Positions 9,065-18,284 of a stretch of 45,791 bases of DNA are shown one piece after another. Source of the stretch: a virus. Both the position numbers and the translations under genes were made by a program. Within the stretch, counting starts at the first letter, position 1; every line of letters begins with the position of its first letter. The notes under the pieces were generated by a model. The model had not been told where the DNA came from and made no database searches. It saw only the letters and a list, made by a program, of their open reading frames with translations. Where the stretch lies: IMG/VR virus record IMGVR_UViG_3300029857_000010, one strand, 5' to 3'.

Positions 9065-11164
9065 TTAGTAATCTCCTTTCAGTAACTTTGCAAGATATGC
9101 GCCGTTTATTTTGCCCGATGTGCCATCCAGCCATTTAACATCGTACCAATCATCACCGGTTTTGTTTACGCTTGCGATACCACGTGCAATCAAATCTGCG
9201 TCACTTGCTTTTATATCTTCTGTACTGTCAAACCAGAATGAATGTTTTTCGGTAACATAGCTGCCGTAAACCTTAGTAGTTACGCAGTTTTGCAAGGCTT
9301 CCAACAACTCCGTTTCACCCGGATTCATGCCGTGATTTTTTACGCGATAAGCGCGTACCCATTGCCGCCCGTAGTTTTGGATTTTCTTCTTGTACAGTGC
9401 ATCAGCATTTTTACCTGCGACTTGTTGCACAAGGCCTTCCATATCAAAAGCAAATTCGCCTGTACCGCTATACCAATCTTTGTATATTTTTTCTAACTTC
9501 CCACGCTGCGCAGATGATGCACCTTTGTTAGCAGCGTATGCCAAGAATTGGTCAATGCTTGCAAACTTGCCTTCTTGCAGCATATCTTCCAGTACGCCTA
9601 TTGCATCATCATCAAGTTTTCCATTACTGCTTCCACCGCTACCGCCGCTTCCGCTTCTGCCTTGTGGTCCGTATATTGCCGTCACCGCATTACGATACGT
9701 TACGTACTTATCTGGGTCACTGCCTGCCTGGTTAGTAGCCCACGCCATAGCTTCACTGTAGCTTGTGCCGTTATTAAACATAGCAAATAGATTACTCTTT
9801 ATTCCTTCAAAAAGCTTGTTTTTCTTATAAGTTTCTATTCTGTCATGGTCTGCCTTGATAGTGCGGTACTGCTTCATAATGCGGTCTTGCTCATCCTGGC
9901 TCATGTTGTGGGTGCTATGCCCTGTACCCATTCTTGCCAATACGCTGTCTGCATATTCGTTAATGCTGGGTTCGTCGCCGTTGCCTTGCTTGCGATTCAT
10001 AGCTTCCGCGCTATATTTTAACGCGCCTTCGCCGCCGTACCATGCAATAGCCGCGCCACGTGCACCGTATTTATCATAGTATTGTTTTAACTTAAAACGT
10101 GCTACAATCTCTTGATTTTCCGGTGTCATTTCTGCACCTGCTGGCAAGCCTGCTTCTTGACTCCAGCTAGGCCAGTTATCCGGCATAATCTGATACTTGC
10201 CGCTTGCGCCTGTACGGCCATTCTTGGCGTTATAATTGCCGCCGCTTTCCTGCCCGCCTATTGCAGCAACAAGATTGTCAAATTCATTGCCACCCTCTGA
10301 AAATCCTTTCATGCCTTCAAGTTCTTTGCGCACTGCTTCTTCGTTGTCGCCATATTTAGCATACAAATCTTTAGCAGTATTTCTTTCAAAAGCGCTGCTT
10401 TCTTTATCGTATGCCACCTTCTCAAAAGCGGCGCGCTGATTAGCAGTCAGATAACTACCGTATTTATCCATGATGTTACGCATAGTGCCATAATCTTCGT
10501 TGGTGATACTTGCGCCGACGGCACTCGCTACCACCTGCCCGATGTTGGCTCTGCTCTTAGATTCGATAAACTCTGCGCCACGCTTGCCATATATAGCACT
10601 TGTCAGCAACTGTGTACGAATAATTTCATCTTGCAGCGCCTGCGGGTTGTTCCAGTTCTTCTGTACAAACTCGCAGGAGTTCTGAATATTATTGTCATAG
10701 CGCAAATCAGTGACTGCTTCTTTTTGCTTCTGCTCGTATTGGTCGACAGTCTGGAAGCCTTGCTGTGCGCTCTGATACATTAAATGGTCTAATGCAAGCT
10801 GGTTCTTTTGGCTGTGCAATTTGGTATTGCTTAATACATCCTGCCTTGCTTTATTTATCTGCTCTGTGTAGCTTGCGCCTGCACCGGCAGTGCCTTCTAA
10901 CTTTGTATTCATAAGGCCGCTTTCATCGTTGTACATGATGTTATAACGGCTCTTATTAAATATATCCATAGCATTAAGAATGGACTGTTTGTCCTCATCT
11001 TCCTGCTGTGCTTCTACTGCTACCGCCCATTTGTTGGCGGCGCCGGCAATAGCGGCAAGTCCTTTGCCGCCGCTGCCATAAGCGTTAAGGTCACTCGATA
11101 CCTTGACAGTCGCACCGCTGCCAGCACCTAAATTGACGCTGCCTTGATAACCTGCAATCTTCAT
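9065..11164 (-). CDS. internal virion protein with lytic transglycosylase (SLT) domain, 699 aa
   Basis: Motif GGQESGGNYNAKNGRTGASGKYQIMPDNW (E-S … GA.G..Q) is typical of the SLT catalytic region. Gly/Ser linker SGSGGSGGSS. Gene order matches T7 gp15/gp16. Confidence 0.7.
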   Translation of the reverse strand: MKIAGYQGSVNLGAGSGATVKVSSDLNAYGSGGKGLAAIAGAANKWAVAVEAQQEDEDKQSILNAMDIFNKSRYNIMYNDESGLMNTKLEGTAGAGASYTEQINKARQDVLSNTKLHSQKNQLALDHLMYQSAQQGFQTVDQYEQKQKEAVTDLRYDNNIQNSCEFVQKNWNNPQALQDEIIRTQLLTSAIYGKRGAEFIESKSRANIGQVVASAVGASITNEDYGTMRNIMDKYGSYLTANQRAAFEKVAYDKESSAFERNTAKDLYAKYGDNEEAVRKELEGMKGFSEGGNEFDNLVAAIGGQESGGNYNAKNGRTGASGKYQIMPDNWPSWSQEAGLPAGAEMTPENQEIVARFKLKQYYDKYGARGAAIAWYGGEGALKYSAEAMNRKQGNGDEPSINEYADSVLARMGTGHSTHNMSQDEQDRIMKQYRTIKADHDRIETYKKNKLFEGIKSNLFAMFNNGTSYSEAMAWATNQAGSDPDKYVTYRNAVTAIYGPQGRSGSGGSGGSSNGKLDDDAIGVLEDMLQEGKFASIDQFLAYAANKGASSAQRGKLEKIYKDWYSGTGEFAFDMEGLVQQVAGKNADALYKKKIQNYGRQWVRAYRVKNHGMNPGETELLEALQNCVTTKVYGSYVTEKHSFWFDSTEDIKASDADLIARGIASVNKTGDDWYDVKWLDGTSGKINGAYLAKLLKGDY

Positions 11165-11176
11165 ACTGTACCTCCC

Positions 11177-11839
11177 TTACCAGTTCCATTTAGTAAAGCC
11201 TGTATTATCCATGAACGGGTTATTCTTCTTTGCCTGGTTGTAAAGATTGAAGCCGTTCATATTGCTAGCAGGAAGATTGAAATCACTGTTAGCATCGTAC
11301 CAATCGTCACTGCTTACCGTAGTTGTTCCCTTGCTGCCGCCAATCATACCTTTAGAGTAAGCGTTCGCCGCCGCACCTACAAGCGTACTAAACATCTGCA
11401 TTTTGCCGTTGGCTTTAGCGTTCTTCGCCGCCGCATTATATGCGCTTGCCTGGTTGCGATAATTAACCTCGTTTACATAAGTGCTCCACGCATCATTACG
11501 CTGATTTTGCAACAGATTCATACTGTCTTTTTTGTAAGCGTCCTCGCTGCTTGAAAGAATATCAGCAACACTGCCGCTGTCGGTTAGGCCGCTGCTGCCG
11601 GCCGCCGCCAGTGCCTGCCCTCTTGCAAGCCTCATTCTATCGTTGAGTTGGCTTTGCTTCTGCGCATACGCTTCTGCCTGCTGCTCACGTTGGCGGCTCA
11701 TAATAGCCGCGTTCTGCTGTGCAGCCTGCGCCTGCGCTTTATATGCCTGCTCCTGCTGTTTGGCCTGCTGATGTTGTCCGCTTAACTGCATAACAGTTTG
11801 CAGACCCATTAAGATTCCAAGTGTACCCATTACGCTCAC
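11177..11839 (-). CDS. Q/A-rich internal virion protein (positional T7 gp14-like), 220 aa
   Basis: ORF with low-complexity Gln/Ala-rich coiled-coil-like N-terminus. Call is by position between the gp12-like and gp15/16-like genes. Confidence 0.45.
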   Translation of the reverse strand: MSVMGTLGILMGLQTVMQLSGQHQQAKQQEQAYKAQAQAAQQNAAIMSRQREQQAEAYAQKQSQLNDRMRLARGQALAAAGSSGLTDSGSVADILSSSEDAYKKDSMNLLQNQRNDAWSTYVNEVNYRNQASAYNAAAKNAKANGKMQMFSTLVGAAANAYSKGMIGGSKGTTTVSSDDWYDANSDFNLPASNMNGFNLYNQAKKNNPFMDNTGFTKWNW

Positions 11840-12333
11840 TCCCCTCTATATGGAATATAAAACTGATAAAACTTTTTGCCGTCCCAACCTGTTTTAGGCT
11901 CTACCAAAAATACCGCTCCCAAGTGTCTTAAATAGTTAATGCTAGTGCGGTTCTTCTCGTAGACGATATTATGCAGCAGTCCATGCTTGCGTACCCATTC
12001 ATTCAGCACTCTTTTCGCTTCCTTGAAAAGCAGGCTCTTTGTGTAACCATTGTAAAGTTCGTTCGTGCCTACCATCCAGATTCCGCGCCCTGGCGCGCCC
12101 CATTCCATAGTGCCCTTGCCGAATATCGCAAGCAGTTTTCCGTCCTCACCACGGTACACCCTTGTTTCTTCGTCAAGCTTGATACTGCCAATAAGCACAA
12201 ATACCGGGTCACTGCTTGCTTCCAAATCTTCCTTATCATGCGGCCGTATATCCTGCATAAGTTCTTCAATCAACGGCACAACATTTTCTTTTGACTTATT
12301 ATCAAGTATTTCAACTGTCCACTTCTTAGCCAC
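11836..12333 (-). CDS. hypothetical virion protein (positional gp13-like), 165 aa
   Basis: ORF overlapping its neighbours by 4-8 nt, indicating translational coupling. Confidence 0.4.
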   Translation of the reverse strand: MAKKWTVEILDNKSKENVVPLIEELMQDIRPHDKEDLEASSDPVFVLIGSIKLDEETRVYRGEDGKLLAIFGKGTMEWGAPGRGIWMVGTNELYNGYTKSLLFKEAKRVLNEWVRKHGLLHNIVYEKNRTSINYLRHLGAVFLVEPKTGWDGKKFYQFYIPYRGE

Positions 12334-15130
12334 CGAAAGACACCTCCCGCACTACCGCCAGCAAGTTAAAAGGATATGGCTCATCCGTAACGATAATCAC
12401 TCTGCCTTCGTTGTTAAAGCCGCCAATAGGCAAAGTCATATGCTTGTCGCCGGTAAATAATTTAATATCGCTCACTGCGTTCTGTTCGTCAAAGTTCATC
12501 AAGTCCATAGTATTTATATCCGGACCGACCATACCGCCAAGAGAATTACTTAAGCGCAGGATGCAATTACTAATCTGCTTTTTGCGTCCTTGCATAGTGC
12601 CGTCGCCCGTCCTAATTTCGACGTTTGGCAGTTCCACGATACTTCTATAGGGCAAGCCAATAAAAGCGTGTTGTACGGCTGCTGGGAGCGTCACAGTGCC
12701 GTCTTGACTTACTGTCAGTCCACTATACATTCTTCCGTCACCGATAACAGTAACTTTTTCGCCTGTCAGCTCTGCTGCATCAATCTCCGTTTCCCCACTG
12801 CTCTTTTCAGCAGTGCTATACTCAATAGCATTATCAAGCATAATATAATCATCGGGGTTATTGCTTTTTGCAGGATTCTTTGCCAGATACTCAATGTTGC
12901 GTACTGTCACGCCGTTTATCTCTCGCTTTACTACAAGATAAATAATATCTTCGTCGCCTTCCTGCACTGCCGCCACTGCTTCAATCTTGCCTTGCGTTTC
13001 TATCGTCGACCAAGCATATACTTTCTGTTCCATGATGTAGGATAAGCAAGCCATAGTCCCGTCACTTCTCACAAAATATATAGTGCTGTCGGGTTCCTGC
13101 TTATATGCACTGTCGACAATCTGTACATTCTCTATGATATGCTTTGCTAGCAATGTTAAGTCATTGCCGCCGTAGCTGTCTGTTTCATAACTATATGCCA
13201 TATCCCTTACAGTGCTTCCACGTCCTTGTACAAACACGATTCTGCCGCCAATCATCAACGGCTCAACAGTGCTGCATCCGCGTGTAGTCTGCATTTTGGG
13301 AACGGCTTTAGATGGGGTTACAGTATCGCTGCCGCTTACTGTCCATTCGTTGCCAGCGGTCAAGACAATTAAATCGGTGCTTGCTATCAAATGCAAAATC
13401 TTAAACTGCTTGCGGCTTACAAACGCAAGTGCTACTGCGCTATCATCGGTAACAGCGCCACTGGCTTTCTCTACACTGAAATTGCCGTAGTCACCGGTTC
13501 TGCTCATCCATACCATGTAAGGCTGCTTCTTCGTGCCGCCAAAACATAGTCTGTCCTGGAAAAAGCAAAGTGTTTGCGGGTAGCCGAATTCTTCACTCCA
13601 TGCGCCCCACAAGAAATTAGTAGTCATATCTGTTGAGCCTAGCTCTTTTTCAACATGAGCTTTTGCCGTGCTGTCGCTGGTGATTTCAGTAAGTTTTACA
13701 ACGCCTTCCGCATTGTAGGCCATTGCTGTTAAATCAACAGTGCAAGTACCACTACTGATAGTGCATACCGCTCTTAAAAACACCGGCTCTGTTACACTGC
13801 CGCTTTCAGACGGATTATAGTCGTCCTTAGAAGTATATTTCCTGTATTCCTTCCAACTTTCGCCATCGTCACTCTTTTCTATAGCAAAACTGCCGCTCCA
13901 GGTCCCGTGACTGATAACCTTCCAATTTTCGCCTACGCGCACTCTTTCCGTAGTACCGTTGCTGGTTGATACAGTCTTACTTGCAATCTCTTGTTTAAGT
14001 TTGATATACGCACCCGGCTTGCTGTTAGTAAAAATGTTTTTGTTGCTCGATAAGGTAATATCACCTTGAGTTCCCGAAGGTGTCAATTCTTTATTGCCGG
14101 TATATAAAATCTTTACCCAACCATTAGCGCCTGCTTTACCACTCACACCGCCCTTTCTTGTACCGCCTGCACCACCTGCCGCACCGCCACCTTCGCCGTA
14201 TGTTATGCCCTGCGTGCCAGCATTAGAATAATAACCATCCTTACCATACCTGCGACTGGCAGCACCACCTGCGCCGCCGCCTCTGCCTGTTAGTCCACAC
14301 GCCGTACTGTCTGCGCCTTTAGTGCCGCTAGTAGCTGTTGTATCTTCGTAGTTGCCTGCACTATAAGCATAAGCACCGCCGCTGCCACCGCCGCCGACTG
14401 TAATCGTGTAACTTGTTTCTTTAGATAGCGTTATAGTTTTTATAATGCGTTCACCACTGCCGCCGTCGCCACCTTTGGCGGCATAATTATAAACTTGGTG
14501 TTCTCCGTGCCTTTTCCATGTAACGGCACCACCACCGCCGCCGCCTGCACCGGCTATATCAATCTGATATTCGCCGGTAACAGTCGGCTGAAATTGATAA
14601 GTGCCAGGCACTGTATAACTTATGCCGCTATAATTTTCAAGTGAGGTTGATTCGTCGAAATACATATCCGTAATTTCAAAATCAGCAAAGCGCCAGTCAG
14701 TGTCTGAATATCTTGCAAGCTGTTTCACGGGATATTTGCCGCTTGCAATAAACATAGTGTCTGCGCTTTGTACAAATCTCAAATCTTGCAGCATATCTGC
14801 CGTGTATGGTGTCATAACTTCTATGTTTATATAAAGTCCGTTCTTATGCACTCTTATATATTTTTCGCCAATCTCCAAAAGATAGTCGGTATTGTCTGCG
14901 CCGTTGAACGGTACCAGGATGCACGCTTTGTCACTATACTTTGTTCGTGCCATATACTTCATGCCCGGTCTGCGATAAATAGGGCCGTGCGGCTTGATAA
15001 GGCAGTTATAGGCCTGCAGGACCGCAAACTGATACTTATCTAAATCGACGCGGTTTGCAACTTCGGCGCTGATTTCGCCGCCGGTAAACGCAGGCTGCAA
15101 TAAATAATAAGGTGTTAACCCACTAGCCAT
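12326..15130 (-). CDS. tail tubular protein B (T7 gp12-like) with a Gly-rich insertion, 934 aa
   Basis: The segment LCFFQDRLCFGG…MSRTGDYGNFS…DDSAVALAF…DLIVLTAGNEWTVSG aligns with the T7 gp12 segment FFFRNRLGFLSG…LSRTAKYFNFY…DDPIDVAVS…ELLIWSDEAQFVLTASG. A Gly-rich block (GAGGGGGGAV…GGGGSGG…GGGAGGAAS…GGGAAGGAGG) lies at about nt 14096-14548. Confidence 0.7.
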   Translation of the reverse strand: MASGLTPYYLLQPAFTGGEISAEVANRVDLDKYQFAVLQAYNCLIKPHGPIYRRPGMKYMARTKYSDKACILVPFNGADNTDYLLEIGEKYIRVHKNGLYINIEVMTPYTADMLQDLRFVQSADTMFIASGKYPVKQLARYSDTDWRFADFEITDMYFDESTSLENYSGISYTVPGTYQFQPTVTGEYQIDIAGAGGGGGGAVTWKRHGEHQVYNYAAKGGDGGSGERIIKTITLSKETSYTITVGGGGSGGAYAYSAGNYEDTTATSGTKGADSTACGLTGRGGGAGGAASRRYGKDGYYSNAGTQGITYGEGGGAAGGAGGTRKGGVSGKAGANGWVKILYTGNKELTPSGTQGDITLSSNKNIFTNSKPGAYIKLKQEIASKTVSTSNGTTERVRVGENWKVISHGTWSGSFAIEKSDDGESWKEYRKYTSKDDYNPSESGSVTEPVFLRAVCTISSGTCTVDLTAMAYNAEGVVKLTEITSDSTAKAHVEKELGSTDMTTNFLWGAWSEEFGYPQTLCFFQDRLCFGGTKKQPYMVWMSRTGDYGNFSVEKASGAVTDDSAVALAFVSRKQFKILHLIASTDLIVLTAGNEWTVSGSDTVTPSKAVPKMQTTRGCSTVEPLMIGGRIVFVQGRGSTVRDMAYSYETDSYGGNDLTLLAKHIIENVQIVDSAYKQEPDSTIYFVRSDGTMACLSYIMEQKVYAWSTIETQGKIEAVAAVQEGDEDIIYLVVKREINGVTVRNIEYLAKNPAKSNNPDDYIMLDNAIEYSTAEKSSGETEIDAAELTGEKVTVIGDGRMYSGLTVSQDGTVTLPAAVQHAFIGLPYRSIVELPNVEIRTGDGTMQGRKKQISNCILRLSNSLGGMVGPDINTMDLMNFDEQNAVSDIKLFTGDKHMTLPIGGFNNEGRVIIVTDEPYPFNLLAVVREVSFGG

Positions 15131-15132
15131 AA

Positions 15133-15738
15133 TTACGCCCTCCCGTCAAAGTATTTGCTCGGGTAGTCTGGCAACTCTTTCTTTTCGCTTGCCGTGGTAT
15201 ACTTCGCTTTCTGTAATGCCGCCATTGCAAGCTGATACTGTGTCTGCTGCAAGCCGCTGTTGCCGGACAGTTGTACGCAGATATTAAACGCCAGCATATG
15301 AGTAAACGCGCTCAAAAAATCACTTGAAAACATTTCCACATCGTCAACGTCATAGGTATATTCAAGCCACGCAGCAGGGATATTGCAGCCTATACCAAGC
15401 ACGTTGTCACTTGCCATATATAAGTCCCACTCTTCCTGCTGCTGTTCGCCTGCCCTTATCATTGCGCCGGTGTCAGCGTCAAATATCTTGCGCACAGCAA
15501 GGCACTTTTCGGGGTAGGCGTAAACGTGGGACCAGTACGGAGATTCGATACTAAGTTCTGTAAGCTTGCTCACGCGCTTTGCAAATCCCCAAGTGTAGCT
15601 CCTTAATAACTCTTTGCGGGTAGGCTCATAAAACAGTTTGCACTGTCTAGCCAACTCCGACTGCTCATCTATATTGCTTATACGGCCTTTGGCGATATGA
15701 GCCAGCGCCATATTACATACATCGGTAATGTTAAGCAT
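15133..15738 (-). CDS. tail tubular protein A (T7 gp11-like), 201 aa
   Basis: Size and N-terminal pattern (…MALAHIAKGRISNIDEQSELARQCKL…RSYTWGF) resemble T7 gp11. It sits immediately upstream of the gp12-like gene. Confidence 0.55.
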   Translation of the reverse strand: MLNITDVCNMALAHIAKGRISNIDEQSELARQCKLFYEPTRKELLRSYTWGFAKRVSKLTELSIESPYWSHVYAYPEKCLAVRKIFDADTGAMIRAGEQQQEEWDLYMASDNVLGIGCNIPAAWLEYTYDVDDVEMFSSDFLSAFTHMLAFNICVQLSGNSGLQQTQYQLAMAALQKAKYTTASEKKELPDYPSKYFDGRA

Positions 15739-15803
15739 TTTAACTATTCCTCCTTGATTATTAAAAAAGGGAAGAGCTTTCGCCCTCCCCTTAAAGTACT
15801 AAA

Positions 15804-16154
15804 TCAGCCCGGCCAGTTCGGAACAGTTTCAGTCAAGCCAGCAGTCAGTTTGCCGCCGCTTGCGCCGGTAACAGTCAGTCTGGAAAAAGCCTTCATGCCA
15901 TACGGCAGTTTTGCTGCAACCAAAATACCCTTTTTGCTGGCAGCAAGAGTATAAGTCGCCACAACAGTTTTAGTGCCGAAGCTTTCGCTGTCAGAAGTTT
16001 CCAGCGCCGCAGTGATAGTGCCGCTAGTAGCTAAGGCGGTCGGCGCAGTGATAACAAGAAATAACGGGTCGGCCGCATCACCGCCGCCAACGTTCGCAAT
16101 TACATTGCTGGTCAAGGAATTGTCCATGTACATATTTTGCTGGTCAAAAATCAT
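15804..16154 (-). CDS. small Thr/Ala/Gly-rich capsid-associated protein, a possible decoration protein, 116 aa
   Basis: ORF directly downstream of the major capsid gene. Beta-rich, low-complexity composition. Confidence 0.4.
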   Translation of the reverse strand: MIFDQQNMYMDNSLTSNVIANVGGGDAADPLFLVITAPTALATSGTITAALETSDSESFGTKTVVATYTLAASKKGILVAAKLPYGMKAFSRLTVTGASGGKLTAGLTETVPNWPG

Positions 16155-16173
16155 TGTTATTCACTCCTTCCGG

Positions 16174-17175
16174 TTACACGACTGCCGCTTCGGTTTCGCT
16201 CTGGCAGTCAAGTTTCTTAATCTGAATACCTGCAAGGTACAGTTTAGGCGGTGCGCCCATAAAATCTTGACGGGTAACATGAACATTGTTTTTGTTGTTC
16301 AGATAGCACTCCAGCCAAGAGTATACGCCGTCAGATACATACGCAACCGGCGCTTTCGGGTCTTGCAGACGGTTCTTTGCGAAGATGAATTTATTCATCA
16401 GTTCACGTTGCGCACTGTCAGTCAAAGAGTTAAGCTTTTGGACATCAATGTTGCACACGCGCACAATAGAACGAACATTTTGTACCGCCAAGCCACACTT
16501 CCAAGAGTACAAGGTCTGCAATGCACGGAACGGCTTGTTATTCTCATCGTATACGTCGCTTTCGCCCAAGTCCTCAGTCTTCAAGCCTGCCTGGGTGCCT
16601 TTAGGATATACACCCATTACGCGGCGGTCGCCCCAGTCTACGAAGTAGATAGAAGCATTAGTGTTAGTGCCAGGAGTACCCGCGGAAATCACCTGGTGGC
16701 CCGGAGTGCCTTTGCCGCCGTCGGTCAAAGTATTGTAGCGAACCGCAATACCATTGAAAGTGTCCGGGTCTTCATCCAAGTTGCCGTACAAGAATTGACG
16801 TGCGACGTATTGGCCCATGCCTTCTACGTGTGCATCGTCCTCTGCCATACGGAAAGCCTGCGGATTCGGTTTGCCGGAAAGCAATTCAACGTCCACGCAG
16901 GAACGGTCCTCCAAGTGCATACATACATCAATGCGCTGCTTTACAGTGCCTTTAGTCGGAGAAGTACCGCGGTTAATACGACGGATAGACGGAGAAGGCA
17001 GGCTGGCACGAATAGTAGTTTTAGTACCAATCGGCAAATCGCCTTCCATCCACCGAATATCTTCCATAATAGGATTGGATTCGTTAAGCACTTCCATAAC
17101 GCGGTCAATAGCGCCTTGCGGAGTTAAATACTTTCGTAAGTCACTCATAGTTTGGGAGTAACCAATAGTAGCCAT
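16174..17175 (-). CDS. major capsid protein (HK97-fold type), 333 aa
   Basis: Position after the scaffold gene and size are typical for an MCP. Preferred start is ATG (MATIGYSQ…) with GGAAGGA upstream. The ORF track's longer start at 17202 uses TTG. Confidence 0.65.
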   Translation of the reverse strand: MATIGYSQTMSDLRKYLTPQGAIDRVMEVLNESNPIMEDIRWMEGDLPIGTKTTIRASLPSPSIRRINRGTSPTKGTVKQRIDVCMHLEDRSCVDVELLSGKPNPQAFRMAEDDAHVEGMGQYVARQFLYGNLDEDPDTFNGIAVRYNTLTDGGKGTPGHQVISAGTPGTNTNASIYFVDWGDRRVMGVYPKGTQAGLKTEDLGESDVYDENNKPFRALQTLYSWKCGLAVQNVRSIVRVCNIDVQKLNSLTDSAQRELMNKFIFAKNRLQDPKAPVAYVSDGVYSWLECYLNNKNNVHVTRQDFMGAPPKLYLAGIQIKKLDCQSETEAAVV

Positions 17176-17217
17176 AGTTTCATCATCCTTCCTGTTTTTC
17201 AATTAAAAGTTAATAAA

Positions 17218-17895
17218 TTATTTGTACCTGCTCCAGTCGGTTTTCGGGTACATGTTTGCTGCAATGCCTTGCGCAGCGTTTAAGCCTTGTGCGCCGTTTT
17301 GTGCAGCCAAGCCGGGGTCCTCGCCAAGCAGTTCACCAAGTTTTGCAAATGCTCTCACGATAGCTATTTGATTGCCTGCGCCAGTAACCTCTAACGCTTC
17401 ACGCACGTTCAAGCCCGGATACATCGCCTCCAATTTACGGCAGGCAGTATCACAAAGGCCCTGTACTTTGCCCAAGTCTGCGCCCAACGCCGTCTTAGCC
17501 TCATCGCCCCATTTAGCGATTTCCTGCGCACGGAGCTGTTCCACGCCTTGCACTACACGGCTTGCATACTCTGTGCCGTACTTCGCAAGTGCTCTTGCCT
17601 GGTCGTTGCTAAGGTTCATGCCCTTAATGACATCTACAAAGCGTCCTTGCTCATCAGCACTAAGCTCATAGCCTTCTGGCATCTCTACTCCTGCAAAGTC
17701 ATAATTCACTGTGCCGGGCTGCTGTGTGCCTTGCCCATTACTTCTATTCCCTGCAATAGTGCCGGAAGCACTTGTATTATTAGTTGCATTAGTAGTAGTC
17801 GGTTCTGTCTGCTGCTGTTGTGCCGCGGTATTGGGTTCAGCCTGTTGCTGTGCGCCTTCGCCGTTTACAACTGCATTTTCGCCGTTCTCGCCCAT
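17218..17895 (-). CDS. scaffolding protein, 225 aa
   Basis: Acidic, Q/A/T-rich low-complexity N-terminus and helical C-terminus. Lies between the portal and capsid genes. Confidence 0.55.
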   Translation of the reverse strand: MGENGENAVVNGEGAQQQAEPNTAAQQQQTEPTTTNATNNTSASGTIAGNRSNGQGTQQPGTVNYDFAGVEMPEGYELSADEQGRFVDVIKGMNLSNDQARALAKYGTEYASRVVQGVEQLRAQEIAKWGDEAKTALGADLGKVQGLCDTACRKLEAMYPGLNVREALEVTGAGNQIAIVRAFAKLGELLGEDPGLAAQNGAQGLNAAQGIAANMYPKTDWSRYK

Positions 17896-18284
17896 TAGTT
17901 ATTCCCCTTGTTGTTATCCACATATTCCACTGCCAGCTCTTGCAGCTTTAGTTGGAATTCTGCATACTCCATTTCAGCCTGCTGCTTTAGCTCTATGCCT
18001 TGCAGTCCAAGTGCTAAAATGCTTTTAATAATGCCTAAGCCTACGTCGCGGCGGCCTTCGTTATAGAAAGTCTTGCTGTTGCCGGTAAAGCACATAGAGT
18101 TTACTTTGGTCACATCAAGCATACGCATCAAGAACCAGCGTCCGCTTTCACTCCCCAGCAGGTCAAGTAGGGCCTCTTTGTCCCTTCTTGCCTGCTCTCT
18201 TACCATGTACTCTGTCAGCAGTGCTTGCCTTCTATCCTCGCCGGTATTGGATTTATATTTAAACTGCTCGCTCATTATTCCCAA
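17895..18284 (-). CDS. hypothetical protein, 129 aa
   Basis: ORF between the portal and scaffold genes, overlapping the portal stop. Confidence 0.4.
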   Translation of the reverse strand: MGIMSEQFKYKSNTGEDRRQALLTEYMVREQARRDKEALLDLLGSESGRWFLMRMLDVTKVNSMCFTGNSKTFYNEGRRDVGLGIIKSILALGLQGIELKQQAEMEYAEFQLKLQELAVEYVDNNKGNN

